Assembly: GCA_965140585.1 (NCBI GenBank)
Contig: OZ223269.1
Span: 64,001 to 128,000 of the forward strand
DNA length: 64,000 bases
Direction of reading: 5' to 3'
Source of the DNA: Spirochaetia bacterium
GTDB taxonomy: Bacteria; Spirochaetota; Spirochaetia; UBA9216
Below the pieces are notes generated by a model. The model did not search any database and was not told the origin of the DNA. It saw nothing but the letters and a program-made list of their open reading frames with translations. Position numbers and translations under genes: made by a program. Of this stretch, positions 41,610 to 50,622 are shown piece after piece. The first letter of the stretch is position 1, and every line of letters begins with the position of its first letter.

Positions 41610-43136
41610 TCATGCTTCAGCCTTCTCCCGCTTAATCCGCTGCAGTAGTACCGAAGCCGGTTCGTAATCGGCTTCTTTTTTACACTGTTCAATCTCGGCA
41701 TCGGTAAGCAGCCTGCCCTCAAAAGCCTTCTTCAGAATGCTCTGACGCAGCGCCTCTGACTTTTCAAGCGCCTCGGCAATGCTCTGCTCAACCTTGTCGC
41801 AGACCGAAAGCCTTGATTCAATTTCACGGACTATCTGGCGTTGTTCGAGGAGGGAGGGGAGGGGGATGGGAGTCAAGGAAACATCGGTTTGATTAATGCT
41901 AGCCTGATTAACTGCATGTTTTGCAAAGCGTTTGATTTCACGAAGTCCTAATACACTTGTTAAGTAATTGGTAATATATTTAGGTAAGATTGATCGGTTT
42001 AATGATATTTTCATGATATTACTTTCAAATACGATAGAATCTTTTATTGTGTTAAAGCTACCGCATTTCCCAAGATATTCTATGCTATTCACACGATTGA
42101 TTAGTATATCCCCTTCGTTAATTTTGAACTTTTTTATTTCAGAATCACTTATTTTCACTCTCTTCAATGACGTCAAATTAGTTAAACATCCATCATAAAT
42201 ATTATCTATTCTAATGATTTCTGTTCCTTCCCCATATTCTGTACTTGGTTTATAAACTCCATTTATGGGAGAATTATTAAATAACTGACCAAAAGCCACA
42301 TAAACAGAATTTGAATGAATAATTGGTAATTCTATTTTGACAAATTCGGAGATTTCAATGTCTTTAAACCTTCTCGGCTTCCCCGGCTTCTTCCCCACTT
42401 TTCCATTATCTTCCCAATCCTTAACAGCCTTCTCCCATTCCTCGACCTGCTTTTGGTAATGGTTCTCTCTCTCCACCTTAATCTGCTCAAGCAGCTCATC
42501 CGCAGTCGGTAAATCGGTCTGCTTCTCGCGCCACTCCTTCGTCAGCTCTCCCTCAAACGCCTTCTTCAGCACCGCCTGGCGGTAAATCTTCAGCTGCTCC
42601 TTCGCAAGCTTCAGGTCTTCAATCCCCTTGTCCAAAGAGGCAAAGAGGTTCTCAATCTTTGTTACAATAGCCCTTTGGATTGGGAGGGGGGGGAGGATTA
42701 TTTTCAGATTCTCTATTTTTTTTGATGATATGTTTGGCTGTGCACCGCCATATGCATCCTTTTCAATGTCTTTTTTTAGCGAATAAAGCAGATAAAATAT
42801 AAAGCTCTTATTTAGATAATCTGAATTGAGTGGCAATATATTTCCGACTCGTTGATTTTGATATGCTTTTCCATCAGATTTGAAGATACCAAACTTACCT
42901 GTGGTAGCACCGGACATTGCAATGAGAATATCGCCTTTATTTATGATGTATGAATTATACTCAGGATTTTCTTTTATATACTTTGCATCATTTATAGATG
43001 CTTCCCAGTTATTAATATCACCTATTCTTATCACAGGTATTCCAGAATCAATATATTCCTTACTTTTAAAAGCAAAACCATTTTTAATTCTTAATACCTC
43101 CCCCAGCTCACACTCAACCCAGTCCTCCATGCTCAC
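41610..43136 (-). CDS. hsdS: type I R-M specificity subunit S (two TRDs)
   Basis: PPLPIQRAIV...LKKAFEGEL and LPSLLEQRQIV...LKKAFEGRL conserved helices. Confidence 0.93.
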   Translation of the reverse strand: MSMEDWVECELGEVLRIKNGFAFKSKEYIDSGIPVIRIGDINNWEASINDAKYIKENPEYNSYIINKGDILIAMSGATTGKFGIFKSDGKAYQNQRVGNILPLNSDYLNKSFIFYLLYSLKKDIEKDAYGGAQPNISSKKIENLKIILPPLPIQRAIVTKIENLFASLDKGIEDLKLAKEQLKIYRQAVLKKAFEGELTKEWREKQTDLPTADELLEQIKVERENHYQKQVEEWEKAVKDWEDNGKVGKKPGKPRRFKDIEISEFVKIELPIIHSNSVYVAFGQLFNNSPINGVYKPSTEYGEGTEIIRIDNIYDGCLTNLTSLKRVKISDSEIKKFKINEGDILINRVNSIEYLGKCGSFNTIKDSIVFESNIMKISLNRSILPKYITNYLTSVLGLREIKRFAKHAVNQASINQTDVSLTPIPLPSLLEQRQIVREIESRLSVCDKVEQSIAEALEKSEALRQSILKKAFEGRLLTDAEIEQCKKEADYEPASVLLQRIKREKAEA

Positions 43137-45937
43137 GATGCCAGTACCTCATTCAGTTCATTCATTATATCTTCCATTCCGGCGCCGAAAAGCTGGTACA
43201 TCCGGCCCCTGCCGCCGTGGGCGTCGAAAGGGTTGTAGTCCAGGTCGTCCGCTTCTATGTGATAGGAGCTTACAATATGATCTTTTATCATTCTAAGCCA
43301 GTCCATCTGCTCGGGCGTAAAGCGGTTGTGCTGCCCGGCGTTCTGGCGGAATATCCAGTTCTGAAAGTTCTCGTTGATTGTTTTATCATAGGGCTTGAGC
43401 TCTGTGTCGATGCCGCAGGTACGACGGATAAGCGATATAAGCGCTGTGAGTTCGTTTTTGGGCTGTTCGCCTTTTACCTCTTCGAGGGCGGCATATGCGT
43501 TCCAGACATAGTCGGGGGCAAGCATGGGCCGTCCGAGCTTCAGCTTTTCCATCACCTCTTTTATCATTTTGAAGGTCAGCTCCCGCCTCCTGTATGGCTG
43601 GCTGTAGAAGATGCTCAATGCCTGAATCTCGTCCTTGTTCTCTTCCAGGTATGCCTTGAAATCGGCTAGGGTCTGCTCGGCCTTTTCTATGGTGAAGCTG
43701 TCCCATTCGGATTTGGTCACGCTGTCGATGTTTATGTGGTCGATTATCTGCTCATGCTGCTTCCGAACGTTATCGATGTAGCCGTTGAGTTCTCCGTTGA
43801 AGGTTGATGCCGCCTGCCGTATCAGCTCCCGCTGTGCTTGTGCTTTTAACTCTTCAGCTTTTTTTGGTGTCCGTTCGGCCTCCGGCAGAGCATTGAGTTT
43901 TTCATCCGCAGACTTTTCTATTGCATCGGGATCAAAGGCTGCTATCAGCTCTCGTGTTATCTGCCGCAGATCCTTTCCGCCGCTGTATGTTTCAAGCTGA
44001 GCCTTTTCCTTATCGGTAATCTGTTTATCCAGGCGGATAAGCCTGTTTGCAAGCGATAAAAACAGATCTTCATCCTCATTTCCCATTGCTACAGCACCAA
44101 GCAGGTCTTTAAGGGGGATGGACGGCTTGCGCTCAAGCGGGCGGCTGTCTGTTTTTTTTGATTTGGTTGCGCCCACGGCATCCACTATAACAAAGTGGGT
44201 CTTGTGAACCGCAGTGCGTGATACAGCCTGCAGCGAATCGCTTGCTATGGTTCGGGTGCCGCGTCCCTTCATCTGTTCAAAGTAGTTGATGCTTTTGACA
44301 TCACGCATGAAAAGAAGCACCTCAAGCGGCTTTACGTCGGTTCCGGTGGCAATCATATCCACCGTTACGGCAATGCGCGGGTAGTATGAGTTGCGGAAGC
44401 GGTTTAGTACCGACTTGGGGTCTTCTTCTATCTTGTAGGTGATCTTCCTGCAGAAGTCGTTGCCCTCGTTAAACTCTTCGCGGACTATCTTTATGATGTC
44501 GTCTGCGTGGCTGTCGGTTTTGGCGAATATAAGCGTTTTGGGCACCTCATACTCACCCTTTTCATCAAGACGGCCGGGAAAGATATGTTCCTTAAGGGCC
44601 GACTTGAACTCGCGGATAATGTGGCGAATCTGGCTGGGGTTTACCACCTTTTTATCCAGATCGTTTTTTCCGTAATCGGTATCCTCGTCCTCCTGCTGCC
44701 AGCGCTTTTTGCGGGTCAGCTTGTCGCGGCGGTCGACGTACCAGCCCGCCTTTATTGTTTCTCCGCTTTTGGATATCTCGGTTTCTATTGTATAGACATC
44801 GTAGGGTACGTTGACACCGTCGGTTACCGATTCCTCGTATGTGTACTGGCTTACCACGTTCTCGTTGAAAAAGCCGAAGGTCCGCTTATCCGGCGTCGCG
44901 GTGAGGCCGATGAGAAAGGCGTCGAAGTAATCGAGCACCTGTTTCCAGAGGTTGTAGATTGAACGGTGGCACTCATCTATCACGATAAAATCAAACTGCT
45001 CTATGGGAATTCGGCTGGTATACTCAACCGGGACGGGCTCTTTTTTAGCTATTCTGTCCTGCATCCAGGTGTTTTCATTCGGGTTATCGAGCTCGGCGCT
45101 TTCATCAAGTTCCTCGCCCTTTAATATTGAATAGAGCCGCTGGATGGTTGATATGCACACCTGGGCATCCGGGGCCACATAGCTTGATGAGAGTCGCTGC
45201 ACATTGTAGAGCTCGGTGAACTTTCGGTTGTCGTCGGTGGGCTTGAATGTCATGAACTCCTGTTCCGCCTGTTCGCCGAGGTTCTTTGTATCAACAAGAA
45301 AAAGTACCCGGTTTGCCTTTGAAAACTTTAAAAGCCGATAGATGAAGGTTGCCGCGGTAAAGGTCTTGCCGGCACCGGTTGCCATCTGAATAAGAGCCCG
45401 GGGACGGTCATCCTTGAAAGATTTTTCCAGGTTTTCAATTGCCATAATCTGGGCAGAACGCAGTCCTGTATGATCTAATTCCGGCAGGTCATGAAGCCTC
45501 CCGCGAATGCTTGCTCCCTGCCTTATCCACTTCTCAATGGTTGATGGCTTATGAAAAGAGAAAACAGTTCTGCTTCTGGGTTTCGGGTCCCTGCGGTCGG
45601 TAAAGCGGGTAAGGGAGCCGGTGCTTTCATAGATGAAGGGAAGGGGCTCATTGCTTAAGTATTTAAGCTTTGCCGATGCATAGCCCTCGGCCTGGTCTTC
45701 TGCGGCAAGCAGGTGATAGCCCTCATCCTCGCGCTTAGCTTCAATTACGCCCACAGGCTTCCGCTCAACAAAAAGTACATAATCAGCAGGTCCGGCATCG
45801 GTCATATATTCCCGGACAGCTACACCCTTGCTCGCATGCAGATCGACATTGTCCTTTGACTGAACCACCCATTCGGCATTCAAAAGCATTCGATCTATCT
45901 GGTCTCTGGCTATCTGTTCCGGATTCTGATTATACAC
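43133..45937 (-). CDS. hsdR: type I R-M restriction subunit R (EcoEI-like)
   Basis: ADY...IEAK nuclease, MATGAGKT, DECH, LTATP, QMKGRG. Confidence 0.95.
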   Translation of the reverse strand: MYNQNPEQIARDQIDRMLLNAEWVVQSKDNVDLHASKGVAVREYMTDAGPADYVLFVERKPVGVIEAKREDEGYHLLAAEDQAEGYASAKLKYLSNEPLPFIYESTGSLTRFTDRRDPKPRSRTVFSFHKPSTIEKWIRQGASIRGRLHDLPELDHTGLRSAQIMAIENLEKSFKDDRPRALIQMATGAGKTFTAATFIYRLLKFSKANRVLFLVDTKNLGEQAEQEFMTFKPTDDNRKFTELYNVQRLSSSYVAPDAQVCISTIQRLYSILKGEELDESAELDNPNENTWMQDRIAKKEPVPVEYTSRIPIEQFDFIVIDECHRSIYNLWKQVLDYFDAFLIGLTATPDKRTFGFFNENVVSQYTYEESVTDGVNVPYDVYTIETEISKSGETIKAGWYVDRRDKLTRKKRWQQEDEDTDYGKNDLDKKVVNPSQIRHIIREFKSALKEHIFPGRLDEKGEYEVPKTLIFAKTDSHADDIIKIVREEFNEGNDFCRKITYKIEEDPKSVLNRFRNSYYPRIAVTVDMIATGTDVKPLEVLLFMRDVKSINYFEQMKGRGTRTIASDSLQAVSRTAVHKTHFVIVDAVGATKSKKTDSRPLERKPSIPLKDLLGAVAMGNEDEDLFLSLANRLIRLDKQITDKEKAQLETYSGGKDLRQITRELIAAFDPDAIEKSADEKLNALPEAERTPKKAEELKAQAQRELIRQAASTFNGELNGYIDNVRKQHEQIIDHINIDSVTKSEWDSFTIEKAEQTLADFKAYLEENKDEIQALSIFYSQPYRRRELTFKMIKEVMEKLKLGRPMLAPDYVWNAYAALEEVKGEQPKNELTALISLIRRTCGIDTELKPYDKTINENFQNWIFRQNAGQHNRFTPEQMDWLRMIKDHIVSSYHIEADDLDYNPFDAHGGRGRMYQLFGAGMEDIMNELNEVLAS

Positions 45938-46002
45938 TTTTATCCCTTTCTCTTTGTTTTAAGAATCTTACCATAAATGGGATTACTGATGTGTAAAATT
46001 AT

Positions 46003-46386
46003 TCACCGTCCCCGTTTCTTCTCTTTCTTCTTTTTCTGCTCCAGTCTGTATTTCTCATCAGCCAGCACAAGGGCTTCATCTTTGGCATTCTTCTTACTCT
46101 CCTGCAGGTATTTCTTTTGCTCATCTTTGAATCTTGAGTATGATTTTGATATACCCCGTTCAAGCTGCTTATGTGAATAGCTTTTCTTTATATGGATTTT
46201 TTCTTCAGAGCTGTGAAACCTGAGCCTGCTGTATCTGTTCAGATAAAAATCGAGCAGATCGTTATTTGTAGGTTGAGGTCCGAATATATACCTGGCAACC
46301 TGTACCGTGCCGTTATCGGAACAGCGTTCAATAAGAGCCATCCAGAACTGGCCATCGAATAGAATTGTGGAAATAGTCTGTGTCAT
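46003..46386 (-). CDS. YjdF / DUF2992 family protein
   Basis: FDGQFW, FGPQP, basic C-terminus ending KKKEKKRGR. Confidence 0.85.
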   Translation of the reverse strand: MTQTISTILFDGQFWMALIERCSDNGTVQVARYIFGPQPTNNDLLDFYLNRYSRLRFHSSEEKIHIKKSYSHKQLERGISKSYSRFKDEQKKYLQESKKNAKDEALVLADEKYRLEQKKKKEKKRGR

Positions 46387-46415
46387 CGTTTACCTCCGGA
46401 TATAATTCATCCAGA

Positions 46416-46503
46416 GGCAAAGACGGACATCAATTAAGATGGATACTGAATCCTGTAATAAGGACCGCCCGGACTACCTGCGGGGCCGTGTTTTTTCTTT
46501 GCC
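46416..46503 (-). ncRNA. yjdF (azaaromatic) riboswitch
   Basis: Minus strand GGCAAAGA-AAAAACAC...GGTAGTCCG...CAGTATCC...GATGTCCG-TCTTTGCC; conserved yjdF blocks closed by an 8-bp P1, directly 5' of the DUF2992 gene. Confidence 0.85.
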
Positions 46504-46558
46504 TTTTATTTGAGAATCTTGTAAAGATATATAACAAAGATGGAGATTTTTGGCAACA

Positions 46559-46909
46559 TTAAACGGTTTCTAATTGGGTAATAAACGAGCCAAGCTCCTT
46601 CTGTTCAATATCGTCCGCGGTTACAAGTTTTAAATGTCTTCTGTACTTTCCGCTTCCCTCAAGAAAGCTTTTCGGGTCCTGGAATATGAAACCCTGTGAA
46701 AACTCAACTGATATATGATACCTGCGGATGAAAATACCGCCGATATCTTTACCCTTAAACGAAAACATGATTCCGCCGTACATTATCCGTTCTGAAATAT
46801 CAGGATAAATTGAAAAGTACAATTCCCTGATTCTTTCTGCTATGACATATTTATCCGGATCTGCATCACGCAGGTTAGTTAAGAACTTTTCAACTTTTTT
46901 ATCTGTCAT
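46559..46909 (-). CDS. DUF1801 family protein
   Basis: ERIMYGG, LEGSGKYRRHLK. Confidence 0.8.
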   Translation of the reverse strand: MTDKKVEKFLTNLRDADPDKYVIAERIRELYFSIYPDISERIMYGGIMFSFKGKDIGGIFIRRYHISVEFSQGFIFQDPKSFLEGSGKYRRHLKLVTADDIEQKELGSFITQLETV

Positions 46910-46915
46910 AAAAGC

Positions 46916-47302
46916 CTATTTAAAATACTGCTTAAACTCATCAGTGGGCTCGATATCTGTATACAGGTAAACTGAGTTGCCGATTGGATCGTTAACAGAG
47001 AACCCCCGGTCCCCCCATGGATGATCTGCAAGCGGCTCAACAGCCCTCAGCCCAAGCGATTCAAGTCTTTCATGCTGTGCATCCACATTATCTACACTGA
47101 TATTGATTGTAATCCCCTTACCGTTAAATAGCGCTTCGCCGCCCTGAGGCTGCATGAAATTAAGAATGTATTCGGATTCAAAAAGTGCAACGCTTACATA
47201 CCATCCGCAGTCAAAGGTGATTTTACCGTCAAAGTACTTCTTATAGAAATCCCTGCACTTATCAACCTTGTTAGTTTTAAAGCAGACAGACATGTTTTTC
47301 AT
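46916..47302 (-). CDS. VOC/glyoxalase family protein
   Basis: FYKKYF, PWGDRGF..DPIGN. Confidence 0.85.
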   Translation of the reverse strand: MKNMSVCFKTNKVDKCRDFYKKYFDGKITFDCGWYVSVALFESEYILNFMQPQGGEALFNGKGITINISVDNVDAQHERLESLGLRAVEPLADHPWGDRGFSVNDPIGNSVYLYTDIEPTDEFKQYFK

Positions 47303-47370
47303 TTATTCCTTCCTTTTTTTTATGAGTAAATGTACCCCGCTTCAGGGGTGCTGTATTGTAAAAATGCGTA

Positions 47371-48057
47371 CTATGAAAAAAAGTGAGACGGCGTCATTCC
47401 AGTAAGTAGTTTAAACTCCTTTATCATATGTGACTGGTCATGATAATCAGCCGTAAGCAGCATTTTCCTGTCATTTATCAGGCTGTTGAAACGTTCTATC
47501 TGTGCAAAGCGTTTGGGAGTTTTCCCGAGAAATTGTTTGAATCTTCTTTCAAGCATCCTTCGGCTGGTCCCGGTAAGCTGTGATACTTCCTCTATACGGA
47601 TATTTCCACATGTAGAGCCTATAATCGATATCGCTTTGGCTATCTCAGGTTTAAGCCTGTATTCTTCGAAAGACGGATACAGTAATTCTGTTATATGTTC
47701 ATATGCAAAACTGCCGTCTTCCAGAAATTTTTCTCTGACATCATCAAACCCATGACTGCGGATACTGCTCAGCTCGACTACCTGATCCGAGACCAGATGC
47801 ATGTCATCCTTGATATATGCAGCAGCAAAACCTGGTTTGAAGCGTATCCCCAGAAGTTTCTGACCGGGAGGTGGGTTGTGGCTCAGATACTTGGTCATAT
47901 AGCCTGCAAACTTGACTGGCGAGCAGTCGTTTAGAGGAATTATAATGTCAGTGTTGTTGTCAGGGAATATTCTGCTGCCGGGTTTTGCGTCCTCTGAGTA
48001 CCAGATATTTTCTAAAAAATATGAGCATTCTTTAGGCGGTCGATATTCTACGTACAC
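47371..48057 (-). CDS. AraC-family regulator (DUF6597-type)
   Basis: GIRFKPG, RMLERRF..G.TPK, YHDQSHMIKEFK. Confidence 0.88.
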   Translation of the reverse strand: MYVEYRPPKECSYFLENIWYSEDAKPGSRIFPDNNTDIIIPLNDCSPVKFAGYMTKYLSHNPPPGQKLLGIRFKPGFAAAYIKDDMHLVSDQVVELSSIRSHGFDDVREKFLEDGSFAYEHITELLYPSFEEYRLKPEIAKAISIIGSTCGNIRIEEVSQLTGTSRRMLERRFKQFLGKTPKRFAQIERFNSLINDRKMLLTADYHDQSHMIKEFKLLTGMTPSHFFS

Positions 48058-48075
48058 TTTTTCCTCATGTAATTA

Positions 48076-49365
48076 TTATATACGCTTTTCTGATCTCTTG
48101 TAAAATATCTCAGCAGTCATGCATACCGCTATTATTGAGACTGCAAATACTGCTCCAAATAAATTGGCGGTGAACTGCTGTACTAAAAGGGCAGCCAGGG
48201 ATATAAGCCCGAGTATAAATCCTGATAAAGAGACAAATCGGTTTGATTTTATCTCAGCTGCTTTTCTAAAAGATGTAAGATTAACAAGGGCAAACACAAG
48301 GATGAAACCGGCGCTGCCGGCTGTTGAAATGCTTTCAAGTTTTACCGTATTTACAACTATCAGTGTAAGTCCTGATGTAATTATCAGTCCTACAGGATGG
48401 TTCCACAGTTTTCCGGTAAACTCGTGGGGCAGCTCGTCATCTTCGGCAATCTCATAGCTGACTCTGCTTCCTCCGTAGAGTGAAGCGTTTATCGCAGAAA
48501 AGGTTGATATCATTGCAGCTATTCCTATTAATGTAAACCCTAACTGCCCGAGCAAAGGACGTGCAGCTTCCGCTAATGCATAATCTTTGGCGTCTGCAAT
48601 TGACTGAAAGGGCAGTGAGCCTATGGTAACAACCGCAATAACAAGATAAAGCAGGATTACAAAAATAACTGAAATATAGTATGCCTTTGGAATATTTTGT
48701 TTTGGATTATTTACATCAGGAGATGCATTGGCTATAAGCTCAAAACCCTCATAAGCTACGAAGATAACCATTCCGCCGGTAAGAAGGCTTATTGGTTTTT
48801 TCCAGTTTGAAAGATAAAGCTGTTCAATGTTTGAACTATTCTTCAGGCCGTAAAGCCCTACTACAACGAAGGCAAGCAGAATTATCAGTTTCACAACCAC
48901 AGCATAATCTTCAATCAGTCCTACAATCTTTACACTGAAATAGTTGATTACTGTTGCTATAACAATAATTCCGGTTGCATATAAATGAAAACTGAGCTGT
49001 ACTCCCGCAGGGATCGGGATAAGGTTGGAAGCATAGGATCCGAAGGCAGATGCATACAGAGACAGCATTATGATATAGCTTACCCAAAGTAAGTTGTTAA
49101 TACCTCCGCTGAAGGCTGATTTCCCGAACCCCCGATTTATAAAGTTTACTGTTCCTCCCCGATCCGGAAATGCAATGGACATCTTTACATAACTGTGGGA
49201 AGTAAGTAATGCCAGTATCCCTGCAAACAAGAATGCAAGCGGTGTTCCTCCCTGCGCCAAGGATACAGCAAGTCCAAGAACAGCAAAAATACCGCCTCCC
49301 ACCATACCACCGACTCCTATAGCTATCAGTTCAATCAGCCCAATATCCTTATTGCTTCGTTTCAT
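48076..49365 (-). CDS. APC-family amino acid permease
   Basis: GGMVGGGIF, FVAYEGFE; GGAG before ATG 49365. Confidence 0.88.
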   Translation of the reverse strand: MKRSNKDIGLIELIAIGVGGMVGGGIFAVLGLAVSLAQGGTPLAFLFAGILALLTSHSYVKMSIAFPDRGGTVNFINRGFGKSAFSGGINNLLWVSYIIMLSLYASAFGSYASNLIPIPAGVQLSFHLYATGIIVIATVINYFSVKIVGLIEDYAVVVKLIILLAFVVVGLYGLKNSSNIEQLYLSNWKKPISLLTGGMVIFVAYEGFELIANASPDVNNPKQNIPKAYYISVIFVILLYLVIAVVTIGSLPFQSIADAKDYALAEAARPLLGQLGFTLIGIAAMISTFSAINASLYGGSRVSYEIAEDDELPHEFTGKLWNHPVGLIITSGLTLIVVNTVKLESISTAGSAGFILVFALVNLTSFRKAAEIKSNRFVSLSGFILGLISLAALLVQQFTANLFGAVFAVSIIAVCMTAEIFYKRSEKRI

Positions 49366-49419
49366 ATACTCTCCGAATAATCTCTCATCAGTATTATAAT
49401 AAAAAAACATTTTTTTCCC

Positions 49420-49442
49420 AACCTTTTCATATATTTCCCGTC
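49420..49442 (+). promoter_or_regulatory. candidate ECF-type autoregulatory promoter
   Basis: AAC(49420-22)-16 nt-CGTC(49439-42); TATAAT at 49444-49 follows. Confidence 0.5.
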
Positions 49443-49466
49443 GTATAATATGTGAGGTAAAAGATA

Positions 49467-50606
49467 TTGTACAATTCGGAACATATGGACAGACAGGATA
49501 CTCTTCTCAAATTCAGAGAGCTTGCCGCAAGACACCAACGCCTGCTGTACTCTATTGCGCTTTCCTATGCAGACCGGAATGATGTTGATGATATTGTACA
49601 GCAGACCTGGGAAATTGCAGTACGAAAATACCATCAGCTTGAGAATCCTGAACGGTTTGCATCATGGATAAGCCGAATCTGCAGGAACGTCATCATTGAA
49701 AATTATCGTAAAACTTCTGCGGACTCAGAGGTCTTTGAGGACGAGATTTTATACGGCTGGGATCGGCATGAAAAGCAGTACACTGAATATGAGAGTCTTC
49801 TTCGTCTTGCTATTCAGCTACTTTCTGCAGAACACCGTGACGTCGTTCAGCTTCGGTATTTTTCAGGACTCAGCTACACCGAAATTGCTGCAGTGAAAAA
49901 CCTGGAAGTAAAGACAGTAAAAAGCAGGCTTCATGAAGCCCGTCAGAAGCTGAAGGCTCATCTGAATGAACTATACATTGGTCTTGAAATCTCACAGAAA
50001 AAACTCGATAGCATGGAGGAATATGCTGTGAATGAATTGAAAAAATCACTGCTTGGGGCAGATGTCTTCTGCCGACTCTCGCTTTACAGTCAGGTGGAGC
50101 TTGTAAAGTCGGTGAAAAGTAATGCGGAACTGTCAGAAGATTTGCTGAAAGAAATCGGGAAAGTAAAGACCGGTATGGACTTTATTAAAGAGTATCATAA
50201 AATAATCACCCTGCCTGAACTTGTCGGTATACTGGCCGGCTGTGATCGTTTTACAGAAACAAGACTTGTTAATGAGCTTGAGCAGATTGATCCGGCTGCG
50301 GCTGAATTTGTAAAGCAGAACAGCTTCGTATTTGAAGATCTTGTAATTTTATCTGAAGGCACACGCCGAAGGTTATATGAAATGATTGAGCATAAAGTTC
50401 TTCTGAAGGCCATGTCAATTGTCGACAGGAAGGTAAAAAAAATCCTGCTCTCCGATTTTTCAACTGAAGAGCAGCATCTGATGATTCAGAAAATAGGTGA
50501 GGGAAGCTCTGATATTGAAGAAGTACGTAAAGCACAATTTGAAATTCTCCAGATTCTGCGCGATATGAATGAACGCAATGAGGTAGAGATTGCCGGACTG
50601 CCCTGA
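49467..50606 (+). CDS. ECF sigma factor fused to a FliG-like C-terminal domain
   Basis: Sigma2 DVDDIVQQTW...FASWISRICRN; sigma4 LSYTEIA...TVKSRLHEARQKL; FliG-like ILAGCDRFTETRLVNELEQIDPAAAEFVKQNSFVFEDL...VRKAQFEILQILRDM. Confidence 0.8.
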   Translation: MYNSEHMDRQDTLLKFRELAARHQRLLYSIALSYADRNDVDDIVQQTWEIAVRKYHQLENPERFASWISRICRNVIIENYRKTSADSEVFEDEILYGWDRHEKQYTEYESLLRLAIQLLSAEHRDVVQLRYFSGLSYTEIAAVKNLEVKTVKSRLHEARQKLKAHLNELYIGLEISQKKLDSMEEYAVNELKKSLLGADVFCRLSLYSQVELVKSVKSNAELSEDLLKEIGKVKTGMDFIKEYHKIITLPELVGILAGCDRFTETRLVNELEQIDPAAAEFVKQNSFVFEDLVILSEGTRRRLYEMIEHKVLLKAMSIVDRKVKKILLSDFSTEEQHLMIQKIGEGSSDIEEVRKAQFEILQILRDMNERNEVEIAGLP

Positions 50607-50622
50607 TTAAATTGAGTGGCTT

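Noticed and set aside
37693-49365. Integron cassette array
   Set aside because: The gene types are cassette-like, but several genes overlap, no attC-like RYYYAAC...GTTRRRY repeats were found and there is no intI.
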